The translations under genes and the position numbers were made by a program. 64,000 nt of DNA, from contig NC_135894.1 in the NCBI RefSeq assembly GCF_964194155.1, positions 20,336,001 through 20,400,000 of the forward strand, read 5' to 3'. A model generated the notes under the pieces. The model saw only the letters and a program-made list of their open reading frames with translations, was not told where the DNA came from and did not search any database. This stretch comes from Cetorhinus maximus (taxonomy: Eukaryota). Shown here piece by piece: positions 1 to 10,895 of this stretch. Positions within the stretch are counted from its first letter, which is position 1, and every line of letters begins with the position of its first letter.

Positions 1-368
1 TTTTCCCAATGACGCCTCTGCTTCCGCCAAAGGGAGGGAGAGGGAGGAGGAGGAGGGAGAAGGAAAGAGGACTAGTCAACGACAAAGAGGACAGCCCCAG
101 TGCACCGTCAGCCATTTTACAGCCGCTGCCTGCACCATCCAAGTCCTTTCTTTCCACAATCGGAGGATGGGGGCGATGGCCCTGGCCCATCCCCGGGGCT
201 GGCGGGCGGTTTGAGGCACCCGAGCCACCAAAGGCTGCACCGAGGGCTATAAAACGGGAAGCAAAAGCCCGACCAACGCCGCCCGGAACAAGCCGCACAA
301 ACTCGGTAAAGGTCCGGGACAGCCTGTAGTCGCCGGACAATTCCTCCACCAACCCGCAGACCACGCAC

Positions 369-455
369 CTTCTCGGGGATTATGAGCGCCTCGTTGTTCT
401 CGTCCTTCTTGGGCTCCTTCTGACTCAGCGACGAGTTAAAGGAGACTTTCACCAT
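369..455 (-). CDS. ITM2B: Integral membrane protein 2B (BRI2), coding exon 1; the gene continues off the left edge of the window
   Basis: Translates MVKVSFNSSLSQKEPKKDENNEALIIPEK, close to the human N-terminus MVKVTFNSALAQKEAKKDEPK..EALIIP. Kozak GCCGCCATGG; phase-0 donor AAG|GTGCGT at 368; lies in a CpG island; syntenic with MED4. Confidence 0.93.
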
Positions 456-606
456 GGCGGCAGCGGAATCAGACGGCACAGCAACAACACCGTGACTGAA
501 CCCCCCCCCCCTACTGCGTTTCGACCGCCTCACTCTAACCCCCCTCTAAACCATCCGCGTGACGCAGCACCCAAACACTACATCCGACCGCACTCGGGAA
601 AAAGAG

Positions 607-838
607 ATCGCCCCGCCCCCGAGGGCGCTCCAAACCTGTCGCCCCGCCGCCTGAGAGCATTCCGAACATGTCGTCCCGCCCCCTGAGGCATTCCGAACAT
701 GTCGCCCCGCCCATTGAGGGCATTCCGAACATGTCGCCCCGCCCCCTGAGGCATTCCGAGCATGTCGCCCCGCCCACTGAGGGCGCTCCGAAGCTGTGGC
801 CCCCGTCCCCTGTCAATGCTCCGAACTTGTCGACCTCC
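607..838. repeat. ~31-32 bp minisatellite (~7 copies), most units carrying a GC box
   Basis: Unit approximately TGAGGGCATTCCGAACATGTCGCCCCGCCCC, repeated with variants. Confidence 0.9.
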
Positions 839-1287
839 TCCACAACGATTTGCAGCTAAATAGCGCTTTTGACTTAACAACATTTTCTATGTCGTTCCAC
901 AGGAGAGTTAAAAAGCGAAATTTGACACCAAGGGTCACAAGGCAGCTGACCAAAAGGCTGGTAGAATAAATAAGTTTTAAGAAGTGGCCAAAAGAAGGTC
1001 GAGGCTTCTTCTTTGCGATCTTCCGGGGATCCAGTGTAGTGTCTTTAACATCGGAAAACGTCCCAAGGAGTTTTACAGAGCGGAATGAGGGACCGATAGC
1101 TGGAGAGGTAACTAAAAGATCAGGCAAAGAATCGGTTAAGAAGAGTTTTAAAGGAGGTGGAGAAATCTGAGGGGCTGGAATTCCAGAGACAGCTGAAGCC
1201 AGGGAAGCCAAAGGTGGGATGAAAAAGAATCTATATCAGGGTTTCAACAAAGGATAAGCTGAGGCAGAGGTGGAGATAGACAATATT

Positions 1288-2740
1288 TGTGCCTTTATTA
1301 CAAGAGGATTTGAGTACAGGAGTAAAGATGGCTTACTGCAATTATATAGAGCCTTGGTAAGACCACATCTGGTGTAATGTGCGCAGTTTTGGTCTCCTTA
1401 ACTAAGGAAAGATATACTTGCCATAGAGGGAGTGCATGAAGGTTCACCAGAATAATTCCTGGGATGGAAGGTTTGTCCTATGAGGAAATATTAAATAGAC
1501 TGAAGAACATAAGAAATAGGAGTAGGCCATTTGGCCCCTCAAGCCTGCCCTGCCATTCAATAAGATCATGGCTGATTTGCCCCAGGCCTCAACGAGGAGT
1601 CAGCTCCTCATAGCCCTCAACTCCCCAATATTTGAAAAATCTATCTAGTTCCTCTTTAAATACTTTCAGTGATCTAGCCTCCACAACTCTCTGGGGTAGA
1701 GAATTCCAGGAATTCATTATCCTCTGAGAGAAGAAATTCCTTCGATCTCACTCTTAAATGAGTGTCCCCTTATTCTGTAACTATGTCCCCTAGTTCGAGA
1801 CTCTCCCACTAGTGGAAACATCTTCTCAACATCTACCCTATCAAGCCCCCTCAGAAGCTTGTACGTTTCAATAAGATCACCTCTCATTTTCATAAACTCT
1901 AATGTTTATAAACCTAACTGTTTAGCCGTTCTTGATAAGTCAACCCCTTCATCCCAGGAATCAGCCTAGTGAATCTCTTTTGATCTGCCTCCAATGCCAG
2001 TATATCCTTTCTTAAATACGGGTACCAAAATTGTACACAGTACTTCAGGCACCAACACCCTGTAGAGTTGTAACAAGCCTTCCCTATTTCTAAACTCCAA
2101 CCCCCAAGCAATACAGGCCAAAATTCCATTTGCTTTCTTAATTACTAGCTGCAGCTTCGTGCTAAGTTTTTATGTTTCATGCACAAGAACACCCAGATCC
2201 CTCTATGCTGCACTTTTTTGGGGTCTCTCTCCATTTAAATAATAGCCTGCTTTTTGATTCTTCCCACCAAAGTGCATGACCTCACACTTTCCTACATTAA
2301 CCTCCGTCTGCCAAATTTTGGGGCTTTTATTCTCTGGAGTTTCGAAGGATGAGAGGTGATCTCATTCAAACAGACAAAATTCTTACAGGGCTCGACAGGG
2401 TAAATGCAGGAAGGATGTTTCCCTGTCGGGGAGGTCTAGACCTAGGGAACACAGTCTCTGAATAAGGGGAAGGCCATTGAGGACAGAGATGAAGAAGAAT
2501 TCCTTCATTCAAAGGGTGGTGAATCTCTGGAATTCTCTGCCCCAGAGGGCTGTGGAGGCTCGGTCATTGAATAAGTTCGAGACTGAGATCGATAGATTTC
2601 TAGATATTAAAAACATCAAGGGATATGGGGATAGTGCAGGAAAATGGTGTTAACGTCAAGATCAGCCATAATCTCATTGAATGGTGGAGTGGGCTCAAAG
2701 GGCTGAATGGCCTACTTCTCCTATTTCTTATGTTCTTACC
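1288..2740 (+). mobile_element. CR1-type LINE 3' fragment (+) interrupted by a second CR1 3' fragment on the minus strand (~1505-2320)
   Basis: ORF2 C-terminal motifs ([18 protein letters not shown]..RFTRLIPGM in ORF 1914..2129). Typical 3' tail ...TTCTTATGTTCTTA at ~2725-2740 and its inverse at ~1505. Confidence 0.85.
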
Positions 2741-4029
2741 TCAAAGCTCGAAGTAGGTAAAATCTCCTGAAAACTATGAACACCAACACTCTGGAATTGG
2801 AACCTGGTTAAATCTATTTTTTGCAGCAACTTAAAAAGGGTCCGTCCCTAATAATTGTTCAGTCTGCAGATTAAAAATTTGAACACGTACAAAATACCTG
2901 CAATGTTTGCAGGAGGACAGCCGAATGATATAAAATCAACCCCGTATAAGTCTCACATGAACTCAGACAAGTGATTTTCAGGTTTCTTGTCCGGTGCCTG
3001 CTACCTCATCTTTCACATTCTTTTTAAAGGAAAACATAACAGAGCAACAGATAGAGAACAGCCCTCTTAACCTTACAAGGGGGAAGCTCTACAAATTGTG
3101 TGTTGGGAGGCCATATAGGATGTTGGCCACAGGTTCATAACGATAGTCTCCTTTTCCTAATCTGTACCCACATTACATGTCAGCACAATAGACCATGCCA
3201 CTCGTACTGGAAGTGATTCAGGAAATCTGCTCATTAAACTATCTAACCTCTTCCTCCCTTTTACCCCTTCCAGATTTCTCTTCTAGCTTCTAAACAATTA
3301 GAATTGGGTTGTAGACAATGAGCTGTTGGCACTGGTTTGACCTCACTGATGACTTAAGGAAAAAACAGTTCAAAATTTTCAAATCCCAGTAAAAATCAGT
3401 AACACTGGAACCATAATACTGGAGTTCCATTTTAAGCTATACAAGACCAGTTCGGACAAGTTTTACTCAGATCCTTCATTTCTAAGTTTTACTTGTTTTC
3501 CCTTTTGTGGTTTCCCACAGATCGGAAGCCACGAGGAATCAGTTCACAATAGTAGGGGACATAAAAATGAAATACATATTATTCTCCCAGGATGGTTTAT
3601 CTCAGTCCCAAGAGGGATCTATGTGAACACGCCAGCCAACCACGTCACACACTCCTGCCACTCGGTATGTGAAGCATGAGGATAGGTTCAAACGTTCAGG
3701 TATCACACATTGACACCAAGGAGAAACAGGGTAGTAATATAAGGTTTTTATAGAATATTTGCAGCACAGAGGCCGTTCAAGCCGTTGTTTCCATGCTGGT
3801 GCTCTGCAAAAGCAACTCTGATAGTCCCACTCTCCTTTGTTAAAATTATGGTTGCACTAAAGTCATTGTGTGTACAGATGGTGTATTTCGCAAGGATTGG
3901 AACTGGCTTTCTGTCAGACAATACAAAAAGAAAACAGCATGAGTTGATGATGGCCTTTTTCTCCAACAAAAGGGTACACCAAACATTTTTTCATGAATAA
4001 ATATATTGTTTACATTTAAGAAAAAACTT

Positions 4030-4400
4030 GCAGGGCATTTTATAATGTCTTCAGGATATCCCAAAACACTTCACTTTCAATTAATTATCTTTTAAGTGTT
4101 ATCACTATGGTGATGCCAGCAAATACAGAAGCCAATTTCACACAGTATGATTCCTCAAACAGCAAACAAGATGAACAGCCAATTATTTTCTTTTTTAGTG
4201 GCATTGAGTAAGGGAGAATTCTCTGCTCTTCTTTTAATAATACCATTGGGATCTCTTACACCCACCTGAATCGGCAGGACCTTTCTGAAACACAGCACCC
4301 ATAACAACTCAGCACGTTCTCAGTATTTAGGGTACAAGCTCAAGTCCACTGTTGTCTGATTCAGAGGAAAGAGTAACATCAACTGAACCAAACTGACATC
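4030..4400 (-). mobile_element. Deu-domain SINE (SacSINE1/AmnSINE1-like), degenerate
   Basis: Minus strand reads GATCCCAATGGTATTATTAAAAGAAGAGCAGAGAATTCTCCC...; same family as the copy at 22660. Confidence 0.55.
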
Positions 4401-5074
4401 TAGGTAACAATCTTCAATATTTATATGCACAATTGAACTGATATATCTGCTATCAGAGATCTTTGGAAATCCTGCCATGACATAAAACTAATACTTGGTT
4501 CTAGATTCTGGTACTTCACTCTATAGAATTCATCTGTATGTAATTGCTGACTTGACCAATCTTCTACAGTTAGCAGTATGCAGTTCCACTTGGGTGATTG
4601 GCTTCTTGTGGAATAATTATTGAAAGACATCCAAAAAAAAATTAGTAGCACAATAACTTTATGGGAATAAAATTACATTTTTCAGTTTGATAGATTAGTG
4701 AAAACATTTTTGTTCAGCCAAGTCTCCTTAGGCATTGACTTTACTATCATAATACAATTCACTGTAATTCACATGACAGGATACTCCATCTTTATGGTTT
4801 CTCCTCACTGAAATATCAACTGAAATTTGATCACTGTCAATCCTTAAATCATAACCAAAGTGCTCTGTGCTCCTTTCAGCACATTTATTGCACTTTGGCC
4901 TGCCTGAATGTGTTCAACAGACTTATCTATTTTCTATGGAAATGCATGATAAAAGGTTCCTGGACAATTCCACTTGTCCACTGGACAAAATATTTGGATT
5001 AGCAAAGGAATAATTACTTTTAGGGGTGGTCAAAATATGAAAATTAATGGACAAGGAATCATTTTTTTATTAAT

Positions 5075-6365
5075 TTACCCACAATATATCCTGCCTACAA
5101 AGACCAGGACAAATCCAGTCCAGCCAATAAGCGCCCTACTTAGCAAAATGACGAAAGGTGTCATCGACATTGCAATCGAGCACTAATGCAAGAATGACCT
5201 GCTCGCTGATGCTCAGTTTGGGTTCTGTCAGGATCACTTGACTTCTGACCTCATTACAGCCTTGGTCCAAACATGGACAAAAAAGCTGAACTCATGAAGT
5301 GAGGTGAGAGTGACTGCCTTTGACATCAAGGCAGGATTTGACCGAGTTGGCATCAAGGAGCCCTAGTGAAACTGAAGTCAATGGGAATCAGGAGGAAAAG
5401 TCTCCACTGGTTGGAGTCATATCTAGCACAAAACGAGATGTTGTTGGAGGCAAATCATCTCAGCCACGGGACATTGCTGCAGGAGTTTCTCAGGGTAGTG
5501 TCCTAGGCCCAACCATCTTCAGTTGCTTCATCAATGACCTTTCCTTCCATCATAAGATCAGATTTGGGAATGTTCGCTGATAATTGCACAACATTCAACA
5601 CCATTCACAACTGGCTTCAGCTGATAAGTGGCAAGTAACAGTTGCATCGCACAAGTGCCAGGCAATGACCATCTCCAGAATCTAACCATCGCCCCTTGAC
5701 ATTCAATAGCATTATCATCGCTGAATCCTCCACTATCAACATTCTGGGAGTTACCATTGACCAGAAACTGAACTGGACCAACCATATAAATACTATAGCT
5801 CTAAGGGTAGGTCAGAAGCTGGGAATTCTGCAGTGAGTAACTTACCTCTGACTCCCCAAAGTCTGTTCACTACATACAAAGCACAAGTCAGGAGTGTGAT
5901 GGAATTCTGCCCATTTGACTGAATGACTGCAGATCTAACCACACTCAGAAGCTCAATACCATCCAGAACAAAGCAGCTCACTTGATCAGCACCCCCTCCA
6001 CCACAGATTCACAGCGGCAACAGTGTGTACATATCACAAAATTCACTGCAGCAACTCACCAAGCACCTTCCAAACCTGTGACCTCTATCACCCGGAAGGA
6101 CAAGGTCTGCAGATGCATGGGAACACCACCACCTGCAAGTTCACCTTCAAGTCACACACCATTCTGACTTGGAACTATATCGCCGTTCCTTCATTTTTTA
6201 AATGGATCTCCACTTAACTCTCTCCCTAAAGCAGTGTGGGTATACCTGCACCAGATGAACTGCAGTGGTTCAAGAAGACAACTCATCACCACCTTCGCAC
6301 AGGCAATTATGGTTGGACAGCAAATGCTGGCCGCAAAAGTGTCATCCACATCCCATAAAAGAATT
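5075..6365 (+). mobile_element. Non-LTR retrotransposon RT fragment (CR1/L2 superfamily, distinct from the main CR1 family), frameshifted
   Basis: RT motifs DIKAGFDRV.. and AGVSQGSVLGPTIFSCFINDL; its 3' tail resembles that of the SINE at ~8790-9180. Confidence 0.8.
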
Positions 6366-6819
6366 TTAAAAATTGCGAAGTTCTGCTCCTCTAATGGAGC
6401 CTCACGAGATTAGAGCATTGGAAATAGGGCAATAATACAAGAGGAATGGGATAACCAAACCCAGATTATCTCCATCAAAGACCTAAATCAGGAGCAGAGC
6501 TTTAACAAAATTTCCATATATCAATTTGCAATAGCAGTGAATATGCGGGCAGCAATACATCAACTCGAAAGAGAAAATGCAGTGACAGCTATGGTGTTGA
6601 ACTTCAGTATATTGAGGACAATGATGATAATTATTGTTTATAATGAGTTGCTCTCCTATGGCATGGCAAAAAGTCATATGCAGTCTTCAGGTGAAAAGTG
6701 GGGTTAAAGGGCAAGGAGTAACAGGGCCAGGGTGTGCACAAGCAGGTCTCATCCCATTTTCAAAACATGCTCTCTTTCCTTATTTTTATACTTTTGTTAT
6801 GAATCTAATGGGCATGATT

Positions 6820-7920
6820 TAAACAAATTTCATTTGTACAGTACCTTTAATGTAGAAAAACATTCCAAGATACTTCACACGATCATTAGCAGATAAAATG
6901 TGGTATTGAGACATATTAGGACAGCTGATCAAAAGCTTGGTTAAAGAGTTAGGTTTTAAGGGGCATATTAAAGGAGGAGAAAGAAGTGGTGAGGTTTAGG
7001 AAGAGTATTTCAGAGACTACAGCCCAGGCAGAAGAAGGCACCAAAATTGGAGTGATTGAAATCAAGTATGTGCAAGAGGCCAGAATTGGAGGAGTGTAGA
7101 GCTAGAGGATTGTAGAGCTAGAGGAGGTTATAGAGATTTGAATGTGCAAAGCCATGGAGCAGTTTGAAAACAAGGATGAGAATTTTAAAATAGAGAAGTT
7201 GTCACACTCAGAGCCAATATAGGTCAGCAAACACAGAGGTGATAGTTGAATGGGACTTGCTGCAAGTTAGGGTGTGGGCAGCAGAGTTTTGACTAAGCAC
7301 ACCTTTATATCGGGTGGGAGATGGGAGGCCAGTCAGGAATGCATTAGAATAGTCAAGACTAATGATAACAAAGGTATGAATGTTTTGTTAGCAGAAGAGC
7401 TGAGGGAGGTGCAGAGATGATTTGTTATGCAGATGGAAGTAGGCAGTCTTGGCAATGGAGAACCTAAATTGCGGGTTCAAAGTTGTGAATAGACTTGATT
7501 CAGTCGCAGACAATTACTAGACAGAGGGCTAGGGAACGGAGTTCACAGCAGGGATGGAAGACAATAACTTCAATCGCAATATTTGGTTGAAGGAAATTTC
7601 TGCTCACTTGATGTCAGACAAGCAGCATGACATATCAGAAACAGTGGACAAGTCAAGAGAGGTGGTGGTGAAATGGATGTAGGTGGAAGTTGTCTGTGTA
7701 CATGTGGAACCTGACGTGTTTTCAGCTGATGTCACCAAGGAATAGCATTTGGTGAGAAATAGAAGGATAGATCTTTGAGGATTCAGAGGTAATGGTGTGG
7801 GAACAGGAAAAAAGGGGAGCTATACTGGTGATTCTCTGGCCATCACTGGACAGAAAAGAATGGAACCGGACAAAGGCAGTCCTACCCAACTGGGCAACAG
7901 AGGAGAGGTGTTGGATTAGG
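6820..7920 (-). mobile_element. L2-like LINE 3' fragment, degenerate
   Basis: Shares sequence with the L2-like fragments at 860-1270, 37270-37520 and 57290-61890 (e.g. ...AAAATTCTCATCCTTG... on the minus strand). Confidence 0.6.
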
Positions 7921-8194
7921 AATTTTTAATGGGGATATTGAATGGAAGTGTGCACAGAGGTAAAAACAGGTCGTGTAAAGTCTGAAATAGAAACATAAAA
8001 TGTTGGAGAGGAAGCAAAAATCAGGCAGCACCAGACAAGATTTTGTATCGAAGTGCATTCATACAAATACAAACTGTGAATTACGCTATTTATATACTGC
8101 AGACTAAGTTCATGATATTCCTAACAGGGGTTTAGAGTGACATGCTGTCCTAGTTGGAGTGTAGTACATATTTCCAGTTGCTGTAGTTGCAGCT

Positions 8195-8380
8195 CACGCT
8201 CCAACCGGGGCCGCGCATGCGCAGATGCGGCACTCGGCCGGCGATAATGGCGGCCTCAGAGAGAAGCACCAAGGAGAAGCTGCTGGCGGTGCTGGATGAT
8301 CTGGAAGTATTGTGCAGGTAAGAGGCCACTCCCCATGAGGAGCGGATTTAATGGCGGGATCGCTTCCCCGCGTCTGTGTC
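8195..8380 (+). promoter_or_regulatory. MED4 CpG-island promoter with an NRF1 palindrome and a YY1-like motif over the start codon
   Basis: CGCGCATGCGCA at 8212-8223 (NRF1 consensus); AATGGCGGC overlaps the ATG at 8247. Confidence 0.7.
8247..8317 (+). CDS. MED4: Mediator subunit 4, coding exon 1
   Basis: MAASERSTKEKLLAVLDDLEVLC(R) vs human STRERLLSALEDLEVLSR; donor AG|GTAAGA; phase 2. Confidence 0.95.
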
Positions 8381-8789
8381 TTTTGTTTTAAGGGTTTCCC
8401 CTACTCTTGGCTCTTAACACCCAGCGGCCTGTGAATGGCTGGAAAATATAGTTGGTGGGGGTTGTAAAGTGTGTCAGATATTCCCAACAAATATTGGGAA
8501 GCGGTAAAGAGATTTGGGAGGGAACTCGAGCAAACAGATGATGGGGAGGGAAGGAAAGGATCTGTGGGGACATTAGGCTGAGAGGAGGTCGCTGGGGGAG
8601 GTGAGGAGAGGCGAGGGCAAGAATTTGGATTTGGATTTGAAAGAATTGGGGAAGCCTGCTGAGGACTAGGATTAGGGAAGTTTAAGCTTTGAAGAGGTAA
8701 GGGTAGGTAGCTGGAATGACAAGTAATAGCTTTAGTATCAAAACGTAGAATAGAAAGTTCTAGAGGGTTTACCTGGGGTACAATACTGT

Positions 8790-9180
8790 GTATTTTACTG
8801 GATTAGTAATGAAAAGGACTGAAAATCTAATCCAGAGAATGAGTTCAAATCCCAACACGCTAGTTTAATATTCTGGATTCCGTTTAAAATAAATAAAATC
8901 TTGGTATCAGTAAAAACGACCATGAACCTGCCGGATTATTGTAAAAATCCAACTAACGTAGTTTAATAATGTCCTTTAATGAAGGAAACCTGCTGTCCTA
9001 GTCCACTCTGACTCCAGTCCCATACTGATGTAGTTGACTCTTAGCTGCCCTCAGAAGCAGGTGAGTAAGCCACTCAAGTTGTGTCAAATTACTAGCCGAT
9101 CAAGAAGGCAATTCTCAGGGCAATTAGGGACTATAAATGCCAGCCTTCTCCATGATACCAACATCCCCAATAAGTAATTT
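8790..9180 (+). mobile_element. tRNA-derived SINE sharing its 3' tail with the LINE at 5075-6365
   Basis: B-box-like GAGTTCAAATCCC at ~8841; tail GGCAATTAGGGACTATAAATGCCAGCC...CATCCCC resembles 6300-6360. Confidence 0.6.
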
Positions 9181-10329
9181 AAATTATAAATCTTTGTTTC
9201 TGTAGGGGTTCTTTTGATTTGTAACTATAACGTCCAACATGCCTCTGCTGAAGTTACTGTGAAAGTTGAGGAAAACGCAATTGAAATACAAACCCTATTC
9301 TAAATAAAATAGATACAGACAATGTTAGGTAAAGTTTTCTTTTTAATGATCTCACAGTGATTTGAAAAGCTGTTAATTTTTTTATGTGTTCTGATATTTT
9401 TCACATTCCATGCAAACATAGAGGAGCAATTACATTTTTACTTAAGCCCTTACAATTTTGACAACTTGATCAAGTGTCTTGTAAATACTTGTCTAAAAGA
9501 GCAGATGACTTGGGCACAGAATAGTGCCAGTGCCATTCCTGAATTAGCTGAAACCTAGTAAATAGTCAAGATATGCACTTGAGTCCTTGTTGCCACTCTT
9601 TGCTGCTTTTCTTAAAACCAAGAACCGTATTTTTTCATCTCTGCTCGCTGTTTCTTTGTAAAGAGAGATGAACATTGCTAGTTTTAAAAAAAAGATTTTC
9701 CTTTCTCTGTTCTGCAGGTATTTTTAAAAAATAGCTCAGTCTGTTTCGAATATACACCTAATGCGAGGCTGGTCTATTCTCCCCAGAGTTGGGCATTGCC
9801 TGTGATAAACAAAGGCTGAAGTGCTTGTATTCATGACCACACTGAGATGTTTGTTGTGTATTTCCCCACAAAAGTAATGTTTTATCTTGGGTATTGGTGC
9901 TCTCTCCATACCTGATCTAACTGAGCATTCATTGTGAACCTAGTTTCAAAAGGCTATTTGTCTTTTGGGGTTGTGGAGGGGTGGGCTGGTGGGTGGAAAA
10001 ATAAAACTTGGTCTATCTTATTCGATAATTTTTCCCCAAAAATACTTTATTCATAAAATTTATTAAAGTACATTACATGACAGTTCAAAGTTGACTTTAC
10101 ATGAAGAGCATATGAGATCAGTTTCTTTCAATACAGCAGAAAGGCACTCTGAGGTGCCTCACTACGCTTAGAATTACAGCTTGTAATTTACAGTATCTCA
10201 CTCAACATTCTTACTTGTCAGTAGGGGCTGCTAATAGGGTTAGTGTTTCCTAACATTTTCTGGCTACCACCTCCCCCACCCATCCCCACTTTTTTATCAG
10301 ACTAATTTGGTTTAAATTTTTTGTCCCTT

Positions 10330-10895
10330 TTCTTCGTTGTTTCTTCATCTAACAACAGTTAGGATGGCTGCTGCAGCCAGTGCCCTTGCTGCTGATTGCC
10401 AGAAAGTATCAGGACTGTCACAATTTGCATGGCTGTAGGGAACGAGATGGAGAGTGGGACTAATTGGATAACTCTTTCAAAAAGCCAGCACAGGCACCAT
10501 GGGCCAAGTGGCCTCCTTCAGTAATGCCACTTGCTACCACTACTCTTCTTGCGTCACATATGATCATTTTGGTAGATACAGAAATTCCATTTTGCCTGTG
10601 GTCTATTATCCAATTTTTCACCTCCTTCCAGCTCCAGCCATTTTGCAACATGCCCACAAAAAGTGTGCTTGCTCCATTCTATTTTCACAAGTTCTTCCTC
10701 TTGCTTCTCCAATTCCTGAATCATTTTCTTGGTTGGAGGAGGACCAAAATGTTTTTCAGTGGCTCTATTTCTATGCTTTTTACATACCTTACCGCTTCCT
10801 GTTTGATCCTATGGTATACGAAAATCTTTGGATTGCGTCAACTGTCATTAGGTTGCGTCACTCTCAAACACGTACTAATAATGATCTGTGTGATA
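10330..10895 (-). mobile_element. pogo/Tigger-superfamily (POGK-like) DNA transposase N-terminal remnant
   Basis: Minus-strand frameshifted peptides ..QRFSYTIG..EKHFGPPPTKKMIQE (Brinker-type DNA-binding-domain-like) and EVKNWIIDHRQNGISVSTKMIICDARR..GIT (CENP-B-type HTH). Confidence 0.7.

Larger units (their letters stand above)
1..860. promoter_or_regulatory. CpG island / ITM2B promoter and start of first intron
   Basis: High GC and CpG density around exon 1, against an AT-rich background. Confidence 0.8.

Noticed and set aside
9-883. Several 60-140 aa ORFs around the ITM2B promoter
   Set aside because: GC-rich CpG-island and minisatellite artefacts; only 369-455 matches a known protein and has a splice donor.
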